Source of the DNA: Anthoceros angustus
Lineage: Eukaryota; Plantae; Anthocerotophyta
Direction of reading: 5' to 3'
NCBI GenBank assembly: GCA_010909165.1
Contig: MU008168.1
Coordinates: 372,001-436,000, forward strand
Length of the DNA: 64,000 nucleotides
The position numbers and the translations under genes are program-made. Numbering within the stretch: the stretch's first letter is position 1; every line of letters begins with the position of its first letter. Below are positions 12,980 through 26,417 of the stretch, in pieces. The notes under the pieces were generated by a model, which saw only the letters and a program-made list of their open reading frames with translations, searched no databases and was not told the origin of the DNA.

Positions 12980-15138
12980 TTTTGGCGCGTTGCCGGTGTC
13001 ATTGTTGTCAAGACCTTAGAGTAGACTAACCTTGTCTAGTAGTGTATTAGGAGTCTTGAGTGTGATACATGGATGCTACCCATTGAGTCTAAAAGTTCCG
13101 ACTCGGTGAAGAGAAGACTTGAAGAAGACAACGTCAAGTGGAGGCGAGGGGAGAAGAGAGCCGAGGAGGAGTACCTCAAGGGGCTGTGAGAGCACAAGAG
13201 AGGGAGGAGTCCAGCCGAGGAGGTGGAGATTTTGTGGGAGAGTTTGCCCAACCAGCCAAGAGGGAGGAGAGCAAGAGGAGAAGCATGGGGATAGGAGGCC
13301 TAGGAGGCCTAGGAGAGGGTAAGTGACCTGAAATAGTCAGACCCATGTGCTATAGATGGTAAATCTTATCTCTCTTAGTGGATGTAAGAGAGATAGGCCT
13401 CTAGGATTGGTAGGCTAAGACCGATTGGTATTTTTGGCAAGCCAAGCTACTTTTGTAATGATCTTGGGTATAAGAGGCACTCTGATGAAATGTAAGCAAT
13501 GTTGGTTTAAGGTCTTGGTGTTTGGGCTGAGCACGGGGTTTGGGGGTACCGATCCAAGGTCGTAAGTCTAGACATTGCTTTGTCACAGAGAAGCTAAGAA
13601 GACCAGTTGCCTAGATCCGTGTGGCCGATCCGCAAGGGTGGTGGAAAGCAAGGGAGGGAGCCTTGAGGTCTCCTTGGAGGGAGTTTCCAAGGTCAAGAGG
13701 AAGGGGTTGTGAAGCCGGGAGGCTGTCCAGACTCTTCCTCATTCCCTTCAGCTAGTCTAGTACTCACCTTGTGTTTTGAGTTTTCGTGTTGGAGGTCGTG
13801 TGGGAGAAGAGAGGCGGGAGCCTGTGTGAGGAGAAGACAAGGGAGCCTGTGTGTGGAGGAGAAGTCAAGGAAAGTCAAGTGAGTTGGAGGCCGTGGGCTT
13901 GTGTGTTTGGAAAATGAGAGGAAAAGTGAACGTGAGAGAAGTGGAGAATGGACATGGAGAGTTGCTGATTGGCTGTTTGAGAGGAGTAAGAAGGACTGGA
14001 GAAGTCTGTAAGTGATGTTTGTGTTGTCAAGAAGAGAGCCGTGAGTGGAGGTTGAAGATCCCGTGAGTGGATGAGACGGAATGATTGCGGTAGAACAAGT
14101 ATTTTGAGAGTTGGTGAAGTAAGGGCCTGGATGAGAACCTTGTAAGGACTGGAGAGGTGCTGGAGTCAGGAAAAGTGGAGATTGAATGGGGCGGTGAGGT
14201 GAGAACAAGGAGAGTTGAAGAGAGTTGGGGAAACTTGGAGAGTGTGGGGAGGATGCGAGAGGCACCTCAAGGGGCTGTGAGAGCTGGAGAGGTCTGTATG
14301 GAGCTTGGAAGGTGAGCTGAAAGGCCGAGGAGAGACAAGGAAGTCAAGAAGTGCCGCAAGAGAAAGGGGTAGTTTGTGTGAGCTGCAACCCTTTATCGTG
14401 AGTTGTCCTAGGTTTAGGTTTAGAGATTAGGGTTAGGGCCGCTTAGGTTGTCCATAAATAGTGTGTGGAAAAGGTGACACGTGGCTAACTCGATTGGTGG
14501 ATCTAACTTTGTGGATAGATAAGAGAGAGGGTGTCCAACCTTATCCACTTGGATCCCCAAGTGGGTCCCACCTTCTATTAATAGCCAGACTGATCCCAAG
14601 GTGGACCCCACTGCTAAAATAGAGGGTGGTTGCTAAGATAGCAACCGGTCTCCGCTAAGGTAGCAACAGGGTCGCGTGGCTAAGATAGCCATGTGTCCGA
14701 GTGTTAGGATAGTAGCTCTCAGAATCGCTAGATGTTTGGTGAGTCTGTGTTTGGTTGGATTGGCTATGTTTTGTCTTGACACGAAATCACTCCCTTGGGT
14801 ACGAATCTCAAGTCTACAACGATAAAGAGGGTAAATGTCTTTGTGACCACTTGGTTTAGAAAATCACTCCACATTTTGGCGCCTGTCGGGAGTGTCATTG
14901 TTGTCAAGACCTTAGAGTAGACTAACCTTGTCTAGTAGTGTATTGGGAGTCTTGAGTGTGATACATGGATGCTACCCATTGAGTCTGAAAGTTCAGTGAA
15001 GAGAAGACTCAAAGAAGAAGACAACGCTGCGGAGCGAGGCGAAGGGCGCATCGAGAGCCGAGGAGAGCACAGCAAGCAACGCATTACTGGAGGAGCCAAG
15101 AAGCAAGCAACAGGCTGCCTAGGACTGGACAGCCATCC

Positions 15139-18100
15139 TTGTCTTCTGACCTCCGTGCTGAACTTGTGCAGCCTGCTGTGAACTCAGCAACTTTTGGACA
15201 GGGCGTTGCTAACAGAGATCCTGTTGCTAGACCAACAACTGCGGTTGCTGGGATAGTGACGACTGTCATGGCGACTTCAGTTCCTTTTGCAATAACTACC
15301 AAGCAACCATACCCACTGTATGGAGAGAAGAAGGGGTATGAAGATCCAGACGAGTTTGTTGAACGCTTTGAGCAACTAACCATTGCAAATCAGGAATCTG
15401 GGGATCGCATTCAACTCTTCTACGGAGTTCTTCGCGGAGGGCCAGCCAAGTGGTACAAGAGAGAGTACCTCAAGGCATCAGCACCCCCAGCAACCTTCAA
15501 CGAACTAAAGAAAGCCTTTTGTGAGAGGTTCAGGGGAATAGATGTAGAAGCCTACGTGTTGTCAAAGTTGGAGTTTTTGAGGAGAAGAAGGAAGGAGACC
15601 TTGCAGGCTTATGTTGAGAGGTTCCTTAACTTGCGTGGTAGTGGTCCTCACTCGATTTACAGGCCATTCGGTGGTTGCTAAGGTTAGGTTCCGAGATGGG
15701 CCGACATGTGAGGGCAAGCGGAGAAGGCGTGAACAAGGCCATCAAGGCGGCACTCAACTACGAAGAATCCAACTCCTTGGACAGGAAGAAGCACAAGAAG
15801 GAAAAGAGCAAGAAGAAGAAGTCCAAGCGAGGGAAGAAGAACAAGGGATCTTCGTCGTCGGAGGAAGAATCTTCAGAGGAGAGTGACTCCTCTCAAGACT
15901 CAGACTCGGAGGACTCTTCCTCGGAGGATGGCAGCACGGAGGAAGAAACCTCGGAAGACGAAAGACGCAGGAAGAAGAAGAAGGTTGACGTCGCTAAGAA
16001 GAAACCAGCGGCTCGAGGATCAAGGGAGCTGGCCAGGGCTAAACAAGAGGTTGCTAGTGCCAAGAAGGAAGTGGAACAAGTCAAGAAGGAGGCTGAAGCT
16101 GCAGCGAAGAAGGTGCAACAGCAAGAAATGAAGATGGAGGAAATGATGAGCAAATTCGAGAAGTTTCACCTCAACGCCGTAAAGGAGCATGAGAAGAGGA
16201 GAGCGCATCCGATTACTCGGGCTAACTGTTTTGTTCCACTTGTGGCCAGCCAGCCACACCAAGTCCAACTCATGTGGCCAAGGTGCACATGCCTCGAGGA
16301 GGAGGAAGAGGGCGGCGGTGGAGGATACCTACGGATCCGTGGAGGTTTCCCAAGGACAACAGTATCCCAAGACTGTCCATCCGTCGATGCTGCGAAATTC
16401 CATGGGGGCTGGCATTCGTAACAACCAAGTGCCTGTGGTTGCTAACCAAGCAACGGTGTGGTTCGATTCTACAACCAGGGGCTTTGGTCATTATGTGAAT
16501 AGCTGTCATCGCCAGACAGAGCCAATGGTGACTACGAACGGCATGCCAAGGCGCAAACAACGGTCATGTGGCGGGAGTGTCACTTGCCCAAACCAAGGAA
16601 GGATTCAATTGCTCAACCACACATGGGGTTCAGCGGCACCTCAAGGAGAGGCTGCGACCATGCACGTGGAGGATGCCCTTATGGGCTGTTTGGGAGGATG
16701 CGGAAGCCATGGTGTTGCGGGAGCTAGATGGTGGGGGTGCAGGAGACTACTACGGAGGCTGCCCATGGTCATGCGCACTAGGAGTGAAAAGCTAGGAGGA
16801 AGGCTGCGGAAGAAGAAAGAGACGGAGGTGGAATCACCACAAAGTCAAGAGAGCACTCCAAGCCCGGAGGGAACGGATCTGGAGGAGACACTTGAGAAGG
16901 AGAACCCAGGAAGGAAGAATCAAGGAGTGAATCGCACAGGGCCATCTTTGGAGAAAAGAAGTTCCAGCAAAGGGAGAGGAAACCGGAGTTTCCACCGGAC
17001 GTCGGAAGTCATGGAGATGATAGAGGAGGAATTGACCAAGACACTGAAACTGCGAGCACATGATCGGAAAGCAGAAGTCCTCCTCGTTGCAACCGCCGTT
17101 GCTAAGCAAGCAACCGCCAACGTTGTTGCTAAGGGAGCAACCGCGACTGTTGGGAAGAAGGAGGGACTGACTGGAGGACCATTTAACCTTGCTGAAGCCA
17201 TCATGGATCAGCAATTTGCCATCACGTTTGGTCAACTATTGAAGGACAACCCGAAGTACAGGCAACAAGTTCGCAGGGCCTTGCAAGAAGCGCAACCCAA
17301 GAGGAAGAGGCGATTGCCCAAGCCGGGACCAAGGGTGCTGACCCCTACAGTCAACCTAGTGTCCATGATAGACCAAGGGCCAGTGGAGCTGCAAGTGGAG
17401 ATCGCTGGCTGTGTCATCAAGCGGGTTCCCTTGGATACTGGATCCGGGGTGAACATCATGACGGAAGGGATAGCGAGGAAGCTTGGGTTGGACATTGAGC
17501 ATACCACCAAGGTCGAGATTGGTGACATGTCAAAAATGCACTGTGGGAGGCGAAGGAGTAACCACCATCATAGGGACCATTCCCTATGTCATGGACTATG
17601 TGGTTATCCGGCACAAGGCGCCGGTACGACATACTATTGGGAGGACTGGGCGCTCAAGATGCAAGATGACTTGGGAGGAAGGAAGTGGCTTTTAAGCCAA
17701 TGGATTGGGACCCCAAGACAAAGGAGGCGAATGTGTTTGAGTTGGAGGCGGGGATACCCTCGTGGGGAGACTCCTACAAAGCGGAAGGATACACATCACC
17801 GGAGAAACATCGACGGAGGAAGAAGGAGATTGGACAAGTTTCCTTTTGCACATATCGCATGGTCGGATGAGGAGGAGGAGTATAGGAGGGACATCCTTAC
17901 TCCCTCAATCTAGTGGCTTTGGTTTCATGGAGGATGCACCAGGGAGGAGGAGCGGCAACATGGTTGCTAAGCAAGCAACCGCCGTTGCTAAAAGCTCTTG
18001 ACAGATTAAAGGCGGTTGCTAAGGAAGGGGCCGAGACGATCGACAGAATGAAAGGGAAGCCCTTGGGATGGTGTATTCAACGGAGAAGGTGGAGTGTGAT

Positions 18101-19366
18101 CAAGAAGATCATTTTCCGGATGAAGCTTTCCGGAGGAGGATGAGGAGAGTGCTAGGCCCAATGCCAAGTTGATTTGAAACGGGTACATCACCAAATGAGA
18201 AGGGAGGAGAAGTTTTGGGCCAGCCTATGAGGAGGTCTTTCATTTTTAGCAGTCGAGATACTGCACACACAGAATGTGAGGTTGTTCCTATACTTCTCCG
18301 CACTGCTGTTAAGCGGAGACAAGGCTAGTGGGGCGATGGAGTTGAGAGGTTGTGGGTCAAGGATGGTCAAAGGACCGGGTTCTCGCGCCTTGCATGAGGA
18401 GGAGGCCGGAGGTCACTATCGCCAACGTGACTGTAAGAAGATCTTGGAGGCAGGGTATTGGTGGCCAACCTTGCATGCTGATGCTAGGGAGTTCATCAAG
18501 CGTTGTGATGCATGTCAAAGGGTTGGGAAGCCAACTAGGACCACACAGTGGCCATTGGTCCCTATCCTAGCCTTGGCGCCTTTGAAGTGGGGATTGACTT
18601 GGCGATTCACCAAGACCAAGGGGAGGAATCAATATATTCGGTAGCAACGGACTCACCGCATGGTGGAAGCTCAAGCCTTGCCGTGGACAGAATGTGGTGG
18701 CAGTTCTTGTTTGAGCACATCATCACAAGGTACGGTGCCGTTGGAACTAGTTAGCGGAGTACCCATTTCATCAACGAGGTGATCTCACACATGGTGGAGT
18801 ACTTCAACATCACGGAAGACCACCCCTACAACCCCAAGGCGAATGGACTCACGGAGAAAGCTAATGGGTTGCTTTGCAGATCCTCAACAAGTTGATCATC
18901 ACCTACACCTACGATTGGGACCGGAAGCTTCACTCGGCGTTGTGCGGGATGCGGAGAAGGTGACCACACAGACCCCCTACTACCTCACCTATGGGCACTC
19001 ACCATCATGCCCATTGAGTTTGAAGTGCCAACGTTGAGAGTCCAGAGCATAAGAGGATGACGGTGGAGGAGAGCCTTGGAGGCTCATAGGCTTTGTTCAG
19101 CACATGGAGAAGGAACAAGCCTTGGCGTCCTGAGCGTCAAGAGAAGAGGAAGGAATGGCATGACCGAAGTTGCAAAAACAAGAGTACGTTGTTCGGGACT
19201 TGGCGTTCTTGTGACAAGTACATGCACTTCCACGAAGCTGCATCTTAGATGGATGGGTCCCTAGCTGCAAGTGTTCGACAATGGATCCATACAGCTGCAG
19301 CAACTTGATGGACCCCTGTTGCCAACCAGGGTCAATGGTTGGCGCGTGAAGAAGTATTACCAATAA
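15139..19366 (+). pseudogene. gag-protease-integrase of the Athila-like element (frameshifted, no RT/RH)
   Basis: EDPDEFVERFE..LRGGPAKWY..TFNELKKAFCERF..ETLQAYVERF; K/S/E-rich linker; ITFGQLLKDNPKYR; LDTGSGVN; integrase core; LHLRWMGP (GPY/F-like). Confidence 0.85.
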
Positions 19367-22300
19367 GTTGGCGGGGACGCCAACAAATGAGAAGGGGAGT
19401 ATGTGGTGACCACATGGGTACTCCGACCCCCTTGAAAAGGAGTGTTTTTTTTGTTTTGTGTTTAAGTTGTGAGAATCGTGTGGGGTTGGAATGTGAAGTA
19501 GGTTAGGAAATAAGAAAAGTCTACTAGAGCCTAGTAGGAGGAAGAGAGTCTAGTCCTGATCCTGGACAGAACCTTGGAGGGTTGGCTGCTCGACCAGTTG
19601 CTAACGCGGTTGCTAGGGCCGTTGATAACAGGACCTGTTGCTATGACAACAACCGACTCGGGAGCCTGTTGCTATGGTAGCAACCAAGTCGGAGTTATTT
19701 TCCGATAAATTCGGAAACCTATTTGGGCGAAATCACAGGGAAATACCCGAATGGGGAAAAGTGAGGGAACATGGAGGTACTTGATCCATGCCTTGACCTG
19801 GATCCTACCTATGGGTTGGACTCTTATGGAGGAGACTTTCACCGACCCATCCGATTCAAGAGCTCACCGAGGAGGAGTACTGTGCTATCATGAGCACAAG
19901 AGAGAGGAGGAGTCCATGAGGAGGAGGCCGGAGGTCACTATGCCGCCAACGTGACTGTAAGAAGATCTTGGAGGCGGTATTGGTGGCCAACCTTGCACGA
20001 TGCTAGGGAGTTCATCAAGCTGCCAGATGCATGTCAAAGGGTTGGGAAGCCAACCAGGACCACAGTGGCCATTGGTCCCTATCCTAGCCTTGGCGCCTTC
20101 GAGAAGTGGGGATTGACGTCCGATTCACCCAAGACCAAGGGAGCCGAATCAATATATTCGTAGCAACGGACATCAGACCGCATGGTGGAAGCTCAAGCCT
20201 TGCCCGTGGACACAAATGTGGTGGCTGTGTTCTGTTGAGCACATCATCACAAGGTACGGTGCCCGTTGGAACTAGTTAGCGGAGTACCCATTTCATCAAC
20301 GAGGTGATCTCACACATGGTGGAGTACTTCAACGCCACCAAGACCACCCCTACAACCCCAAGGCGAATGGACTCACGGAGAAAGCTAATGGGTTGCTTTG
20401 TGATCCTCAACAAGTTGATCATCACCTACACCTACGATTGGGACCGGAAGCTTCACTGCCAGGGCGACAGATAGCGGAGAAGGTGACCACACAATGACCC
20501 CCTACTACCTCACCTATGGGCACTCACCATCATGCCCATTGAGTTTGAAGTGCCAACGTTGAGAGTCCAGGAGCATAAGAGGATGACGGTGGAGGAGAGC
20601 CGCTTGAGAGGCTCATAGGCTTTGTTCAGCACATGGAGAAGGAACAAGCTCCCCTGTAACGCCCAAGAGAAGAGGAAGGAATGGCATGACCGAAGTTGCA
20701 AAAACAAGAGTACGTTGTTCGGGACTTGGCGCTGTCAGATGAACAGTACATGCACTTCGAAGTCATCTTAGATGGATGGGTCCCTGTGCGTGTTCGACAA
20801 TGGATCCACACGCAAAGAACTTGATGGACTCGCCAACCAGTCAATGGTTGGCGTGAAGAAGTATTATTAACAAGTTGGCGGGACGCCAACAAATGAGAAG
20901 GGAGTATGTGGTGACCACATGGGTACTCACCCCCTGAAAAGGAGTGTTTTTGTTTTGTGTTTAAGTTGTGAGAATCGTGGAGTTGGAATGTGAAGTAGGT
21001 TAGGAAATAAGAAAAGTCTACTAGAGCCTAGTAGGAGGAAGAGAGTCTAGTCCCGATCCCGGATGTAACCTTGAGGGTTGGTCGTCAATCGTTGCTAACG
21101 CGTTGCTAGGGCCGTTGATACAGGACTGCTATGACAACAACCGACTCGGAGCCTGCTATGGTAGCAACCAAGTCGGAGTTATTTTCCGATAAATTCGGAA
21201 ACCTATTTGGGCGAAATCACGTGGAAATACCCGAATGGGAAGTAACAGGGGAACATGGAGGTACTTGATCCATGCCTTGACGCACGGATCCTACCTATGG
21301 GTTGGACTCTTATGGAGGAGACTTTCACCGACCCATCCAGGATTCAAGAGCTCACCGAGGAGGAGTACTGTGCTATGTCATGAGCACAAGAGAGGGAGGA
21401 GTCCTCGAGGAGGTGGAGATTTTGTGGGAGAGTTTGCCCAACCAGCCAAGAGGGAGGAGAGCAAGAGGAAAGCATGGGGATAGGAGGCCTAGGAGGCCTA
21501 GGAGAGATAATAGGGTAAGTGACCACAAATAGTCAGGCCCATGTGCTATAGATAGATCAGAATCTTATCTCTCTCTTAGTGGATGTAATTAAGAGATAGG
21601 CCTCTAGGACTGTAGGCTAAGACCGATTGGTATTTTTGGCAAGCAAGCTACTTTTGTGGGTGATCTTGGGTATAAGAGGCCTCTTGATGAAATGTAAGCA
21701 ATGTTGGTTTAAGGTCTTGGTGTTTGGGGGCGAGCACGGGGTTTGGGGGTACGGATCCAAGGTCGTAAGTCTAGACATTGTTTCTTTGTCACGGAGAAGC
21801 CAAGAAGACCACCAAGTTGCCTAGATCGTGGCCGATCCGCAAGGGTGGTGGAAAGCAAGGGAGGGAGCCTTGAGGTCTCCTTGGAGGGAGTTTCCAAGGT
21901 CAAGAGGAAGGGGTTGTGAAGCCGGGAGGCTGTCCACTCTTCCTCATTCCCTTCACTAGTCTAGTACTCACCTTGTGTTTTGAGTTTGTGTTTAAGTTGT
22001 GAGAATCGTGTGGGGTTGGAATGTGAAGTAGGTTAGGAAATAAGAAAAGTCTACTAGAGCCTAGTAGGAGGAAGAGAGTCTAGTCCCGATCCCGGATGTA
22101 ACCTTGGAGGTTGGCTGCTCGGGTTGCTACGCGTTGCTAGGGCCGTTGATACAGGACTGTTGCTATGACAACAACCGACTCGGGAGCTGTTGCTATGGTA
22201 GCAACCAAGTCGGAGTTATTTTCCGATAAATTCGGAAACCTATTTGGGCGAAATCAGGAAATACCCGAATGGGAAGTAATGGGGAACATGGTACTTGATC

Positions 22301-24138
22301 CATGCCTTGGCACCTGGATCCTACCTATGGGTTGGACTCTTATGGAGGAGACTTTCACCGACCCATCCAGGATTCAAGAGCTCACCGAGGAGGTACAGCT
22401 ATCTGCGAGCACAAGAGAGGAGGAGTCCAGCTCGAGGAGGTGGAGATTTTGTGGGAGAGTTTGCCCAACCAGCCAAGAGGGAGGAGAGCAAGAGGAAAGC
22501 ATGGGGATGGGGCCTAGGAGGCCTAGGAGAGATAATAGGGTAAGTGACCAGAAATAGTAGACCCATGTGCTATAGATAGAGTAAATCTTATCTCTCTCTT
22601 AGTGGACAATTAAGAGATAGGCCTCTAGGAATTTGGTAGGCTAAGACCGATTGGTATTTTTGGCAAGCCAAGCTACTTTTGTGGGTGATCTTGGGTATAA
22701 GAGGCCCTCTTGATGAAATGTAAGCAATGTTGGTTTAAGGTCTTGGTGTTTGGGGGACGGGGTTTGGGGGTACGGATCCAAGTCTTTGTAAGTCTAGACA
22801 TTGTTTCTTTGTCACGGAGAAGCCAAGAAGACCACCAAGTTGCCAAGATCTGTGTGGCCAGATCCGCAAGGGTGGTGGAAAGCAAGGGAGGGAGCCTTGA
22901 GGTCTCCTTGGAGGGAGTTTCAAGGTCAAGAGGAAGGGGTTGTGAAGCCGGGAGGCTGTCCGGACTCTTCCTCATTCCCTTGACTAGTCTAGTACTCACC
23001 TTGTGTTTTGAGTTTTGGTGTGTTGGAGGTCGGGTGTTTGGGAGAAGAGAGGCGGGAGCCCGTGTGTGAGGAGAAGACAAGGCGGGAGCCTGTGTGTGGA
23101 GGAGAAGTCAAGGAAAAGTCAAGTGAGTTGGAGGCCGTGGGCTTGTGTGTTTGGAAAATGAGAGGAAAAGTGAACTGTGAGAGAAGTGGAGAATGCTGGA
23201 CATGGAGAGTTGCTGATTGGCTGTTTGAGAGGAGTAAGAAGGACTGGAGAAGTCTGTAAGTGATGTTTGTGTTGCTGAAGAAGAGAGCTGCGAGTGGAGG
23301 TTGAAGATCCGTGAGTGGATGAGACGGAATGATTGCGGGGGTAGCTGAACAAGTATTTTGAGAGTTGGTGAAGTGCTGTAAGGGCCTGGATGAGAACCTT
23401 GTAAGGACTGAGAGGTGCTGTGAGTGAAAGTGGAGATTGAATGGGGCAGTGAGGTGTGAGAACAAGGAGAGTTGAAGAGAGTTGCTGGGAGACTTGGAGA
23501 GTGTGGGGAGGGCTGCGAGAGGCACCTCAAGGGGCTGTGAGAGCCTGGAGAGGTCTGTATGGAGCTTGGAAGGTGAGCTGAAGGGAGGAGAGACAAGGAA
23601 GTCTCAAGAAGTCTGCAAGAGAAAGGGGTAGTTTGTGTGTGCAACCCTTTATCGTGAGTTGTCCTAGGTTTAGGTTTAGAGATTAGGGTTAGGGCCGGCT
23701 GCTTAGGTTGTCCATAAATAGTGTGTGGAAAAGGTGACACGTGGCTAACTCGATTGGTGGATCTAACTTTGTGGATAGATAAGAGAGGGTGTCCAACCTT
23801 ATCCACTTGGATCCCAAGTGGGTCCCACCTTCTATTAATAGCCGACCTGATCCCAAGGTGGACCCCACTCTGCTAAAATAGAGGGTGGTTGCTAAGATGG
23901 CAAGATCGTTGCTAAGGTAGCAAAGTGATGGCTAAGATAGCCATGTGTCCGAGTGTTGTTAGGATAGTAGCACAGTGCATGCGCTAGATGTTTGGTGAGT
24001 CTACGTGTTTGGTTGGATTGGCTATGTTTTGGTTGTCTTGACACGAAATCACTCCCTTGAGTCTGAATCTCAAGTCTACAAGCGATAAAGAGGGTAAATG
24101 TGGCCTCTTTGTGACCACTTGGTTTAGAAAATCACTCC

Positions 24139-26055
24139 CTGTGACGAATTTGCTGCCCGCACTCTCCGGTGGTATTCCTTGGAAGGATTTCCATGGCTTT
24201 GCCAACATGTCCTTTGGCTTCATTATCATGTCCACTTGCTTACGCTCGTCACCATCTTGCTTCCCTTTCCCTTTCTTGCTAGTCCCTGCTGGTAAATGCT
24301 TCTTCTGTTCCAGAAGCTCTCCAGCCTCCCACTTTGAAAAAATCAAGTTCACATTGTCCCACACCTTCCCCTCCTGCTTGGCGATGCATAAAATGTGTGT
24401 GCGATTGTCTACTTTGTTCTGCTTGTAGACATCGTCTTCGCGCCCTTCATTATCCTCAATCAATCCTAGCACTTTGTACAGATTGTACTTCCATGCCATG
24501 GTCATCTGTACTCCTTCGCGTTTCGCAATCTGCAGCTCATCTCGTAAGTACCGGACCTGCTCAATGAAGTTCATCTTCTTTCTTCTGTCCGACATGGTAT
24601 TGTGATCCGTGGCCAGCACTCGCATTTCTGGTACAGTAAGCCCACAATAGACATGTGCTTCCACATATTGAAACCTCTTCTTCCCTGGTGAGATATCACA
24701 TAGATGTTTCATGGCTGCATATGTATGGTTCCCACCAAGAACCCCCATAACGTATTTTTCGCCGCTTCCGATCCGACTTCTTTGAGGTCAGCGCACTCAC
24801 TTGGATCTATCATACATAAGGTGGCAAAACACCCTCCTCTATCCTCCCCTTCGAAATAACCCGAGCCAAATAATTGGCCCATGCCTCATCAACCCTGCGA
24901 ATCTGCGCATCCGGCGTTATGCGATCTGGTCTTAAGTTCTCAACTTGACCAACCTTTGTTCCAAGACCACCTTCTTCCTTGAATCCCTCGAGAGAGAGGG
25001 TGCATCCCGGATCGCGTCTTCTAACGTTCTTCATCAGCCGAAATACGGACAGATGACTCAACGGATCCTCAAGCTGCTGCGTTTTCTTGGTTTTTCTTCC
25101 TTTACGCCTCCGTCGCCACTATGTGCCTTTGTAGTCCCACATAGAATCCAAATTTTAAGCGGGCGCTTTCCCCGACCGACCTTGGTGGTCCTTGACTCTC
25201 CCGCGAGGCGCCGGCCGGCCGCCTCCTCTGCTCGGCCCTGCCTCCACACCCACGCCTCCTCCTCATCTGCTCCCTGCCTCCACACCCACCTCCTCCCCTC
25301 TCGGGATCCCATGGTGTCTATTCTTCCTGCGGTCGGTGGAAGGGCCATGTGAAGCTCTTCGAGCCGTACGGGCCCCATCTCCTTGTTCAGCTGGATAAAC
25401 CGGTTAGGATCCGGGTGGGCAAGTTTGGCCTGCTCACCCTTCAACACACAGGGCCGTGCCGTCACAGCCGGGCCCTTAGGCCATGGTGGGGACAACCATT
25501 GGCCCATGCAATGCGAGGCTTGGCGACATCTCGGCATCTCCGTCTTCCTCATGCCCCGGACACTTCTTCCTCCGAATGCAGGGGCGTGCGGAATGGGGCC
25601 ATCTTCCTCATCGAGGCCCAAGTTCACTTTACGGGATGCAGGGGCTCGGACTCTCTGCCTCTTCGCAATTCTTTGATGGGCTGCTCTCACCCTTCTCATT
25701 GAAAGCTCTCTCCTGTGATCCTGTTGTCTCATCTTCCCTTAAATAGCCACGATGAGGCCATTCAGAGCCAATGGAAAGCGAAAGCGAAAATCACGTCGAT
25801 CATCCTAGCCTCATGGTTCTCAAAAGGCAGTTGCTTGTTCCAACTTACGGTGTGTTGTCGCATGCACTCGCGGAACTCTTGACAAGTGAGCGAGGTGCAC
25901 ATTTCTTGGCATTGAACCCTCGGTGAGAACATAAGACTGTAAATATCAGGGTCCTGGATCACTGCGTCAAACTCATATGGCCTGGTGGTGCAAAACAGCG
26001 TGAACTCGGGCTCCCCCTCATTCATATCCATTGTTGCCCAGATTACCCATCCAGC
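24139..26055 (-). pseudogene. Middle part of cargo gene: ParB/Srx-like domain and linker
   Basis: AQIRRVDEAWANYLARVI..PPYV..GVLGGNHTYAAMKHL..VEAHVYCGLTVPEMRVLATDHN resembles the ParB-like G-x-H-(R/T)-x-x-A core. Same strand as, and contiguous with, the MTase part once the LTR element is removed. Confidence 0.65.
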
Positions 26056-26417
26056 TCTTGGGTGCAAGCATGCTTTGGTGCCACACTTTTGTGCCATATG
26101 GCAAAGTACATTTGGCTATCTTGTGCTAGAGTATGAATGGTGTGAATATGAATTTTGAACCATTTACTTTTATATATTTTATCATACTTCTTACCTTATA
26201 GTATATATATTTTATTATTATTATTAGTATGCTCTACTTTAACTTTCTACTTTTTACTTTAACCATAAAACTTAACTTTAGGTAAGTCTAAATCACTCAC
26301 TTTACCCGTTGACAATGCCACGTTTGGACATTGATCGTCCCTCTCTCCCTTCCTCCGATCCTCGCTTCCTTCCTCCCCTCCTCCTCCTCGCTTGTGAGCA
26401 GGCTGTTGCTTCTTGCC

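Larger units (their letters stand above)
10776..24138 (+). mobile_element. Athila-like Ty3/gypsy LTR element lacking RT/RNase H, with internal tandem duplications
   Basis: 2.2-kb LTR TGTGG...CCACA; tRNA-Asp-type PBS TGGCG(C)GTTGCCGG at 12983; gag, protease LDTGSGVNIM, DHFPDE linker, integrase (HEEEAGGHY..ILEAGYWWPTLHADA..CDACQR); PPT at 19389-19401. The right end lacks the terminal ACA and no TSD is visible. Confidence 0.85.

Noticed and set aside
11771-23806. Long Ser/Pro/Leu-rich minus-strand ORFs in LTR copies
   Set aside because: Shadow frames of purine-rich LTR sequence; frames differ between copies.
23984-24138. C-terminal part of the 254-aa ORF 23984-24748
   Set aside because: It is read-through into the antisense LTR end; the gene continues at 10775.
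24130-24150. TSD for the Athila-like element
   Set aside because: The right LTR lacks the terminal ACA and the left flank cgcat is not repeated, so no TSD is claimed and a few bases may be missing at this junction.
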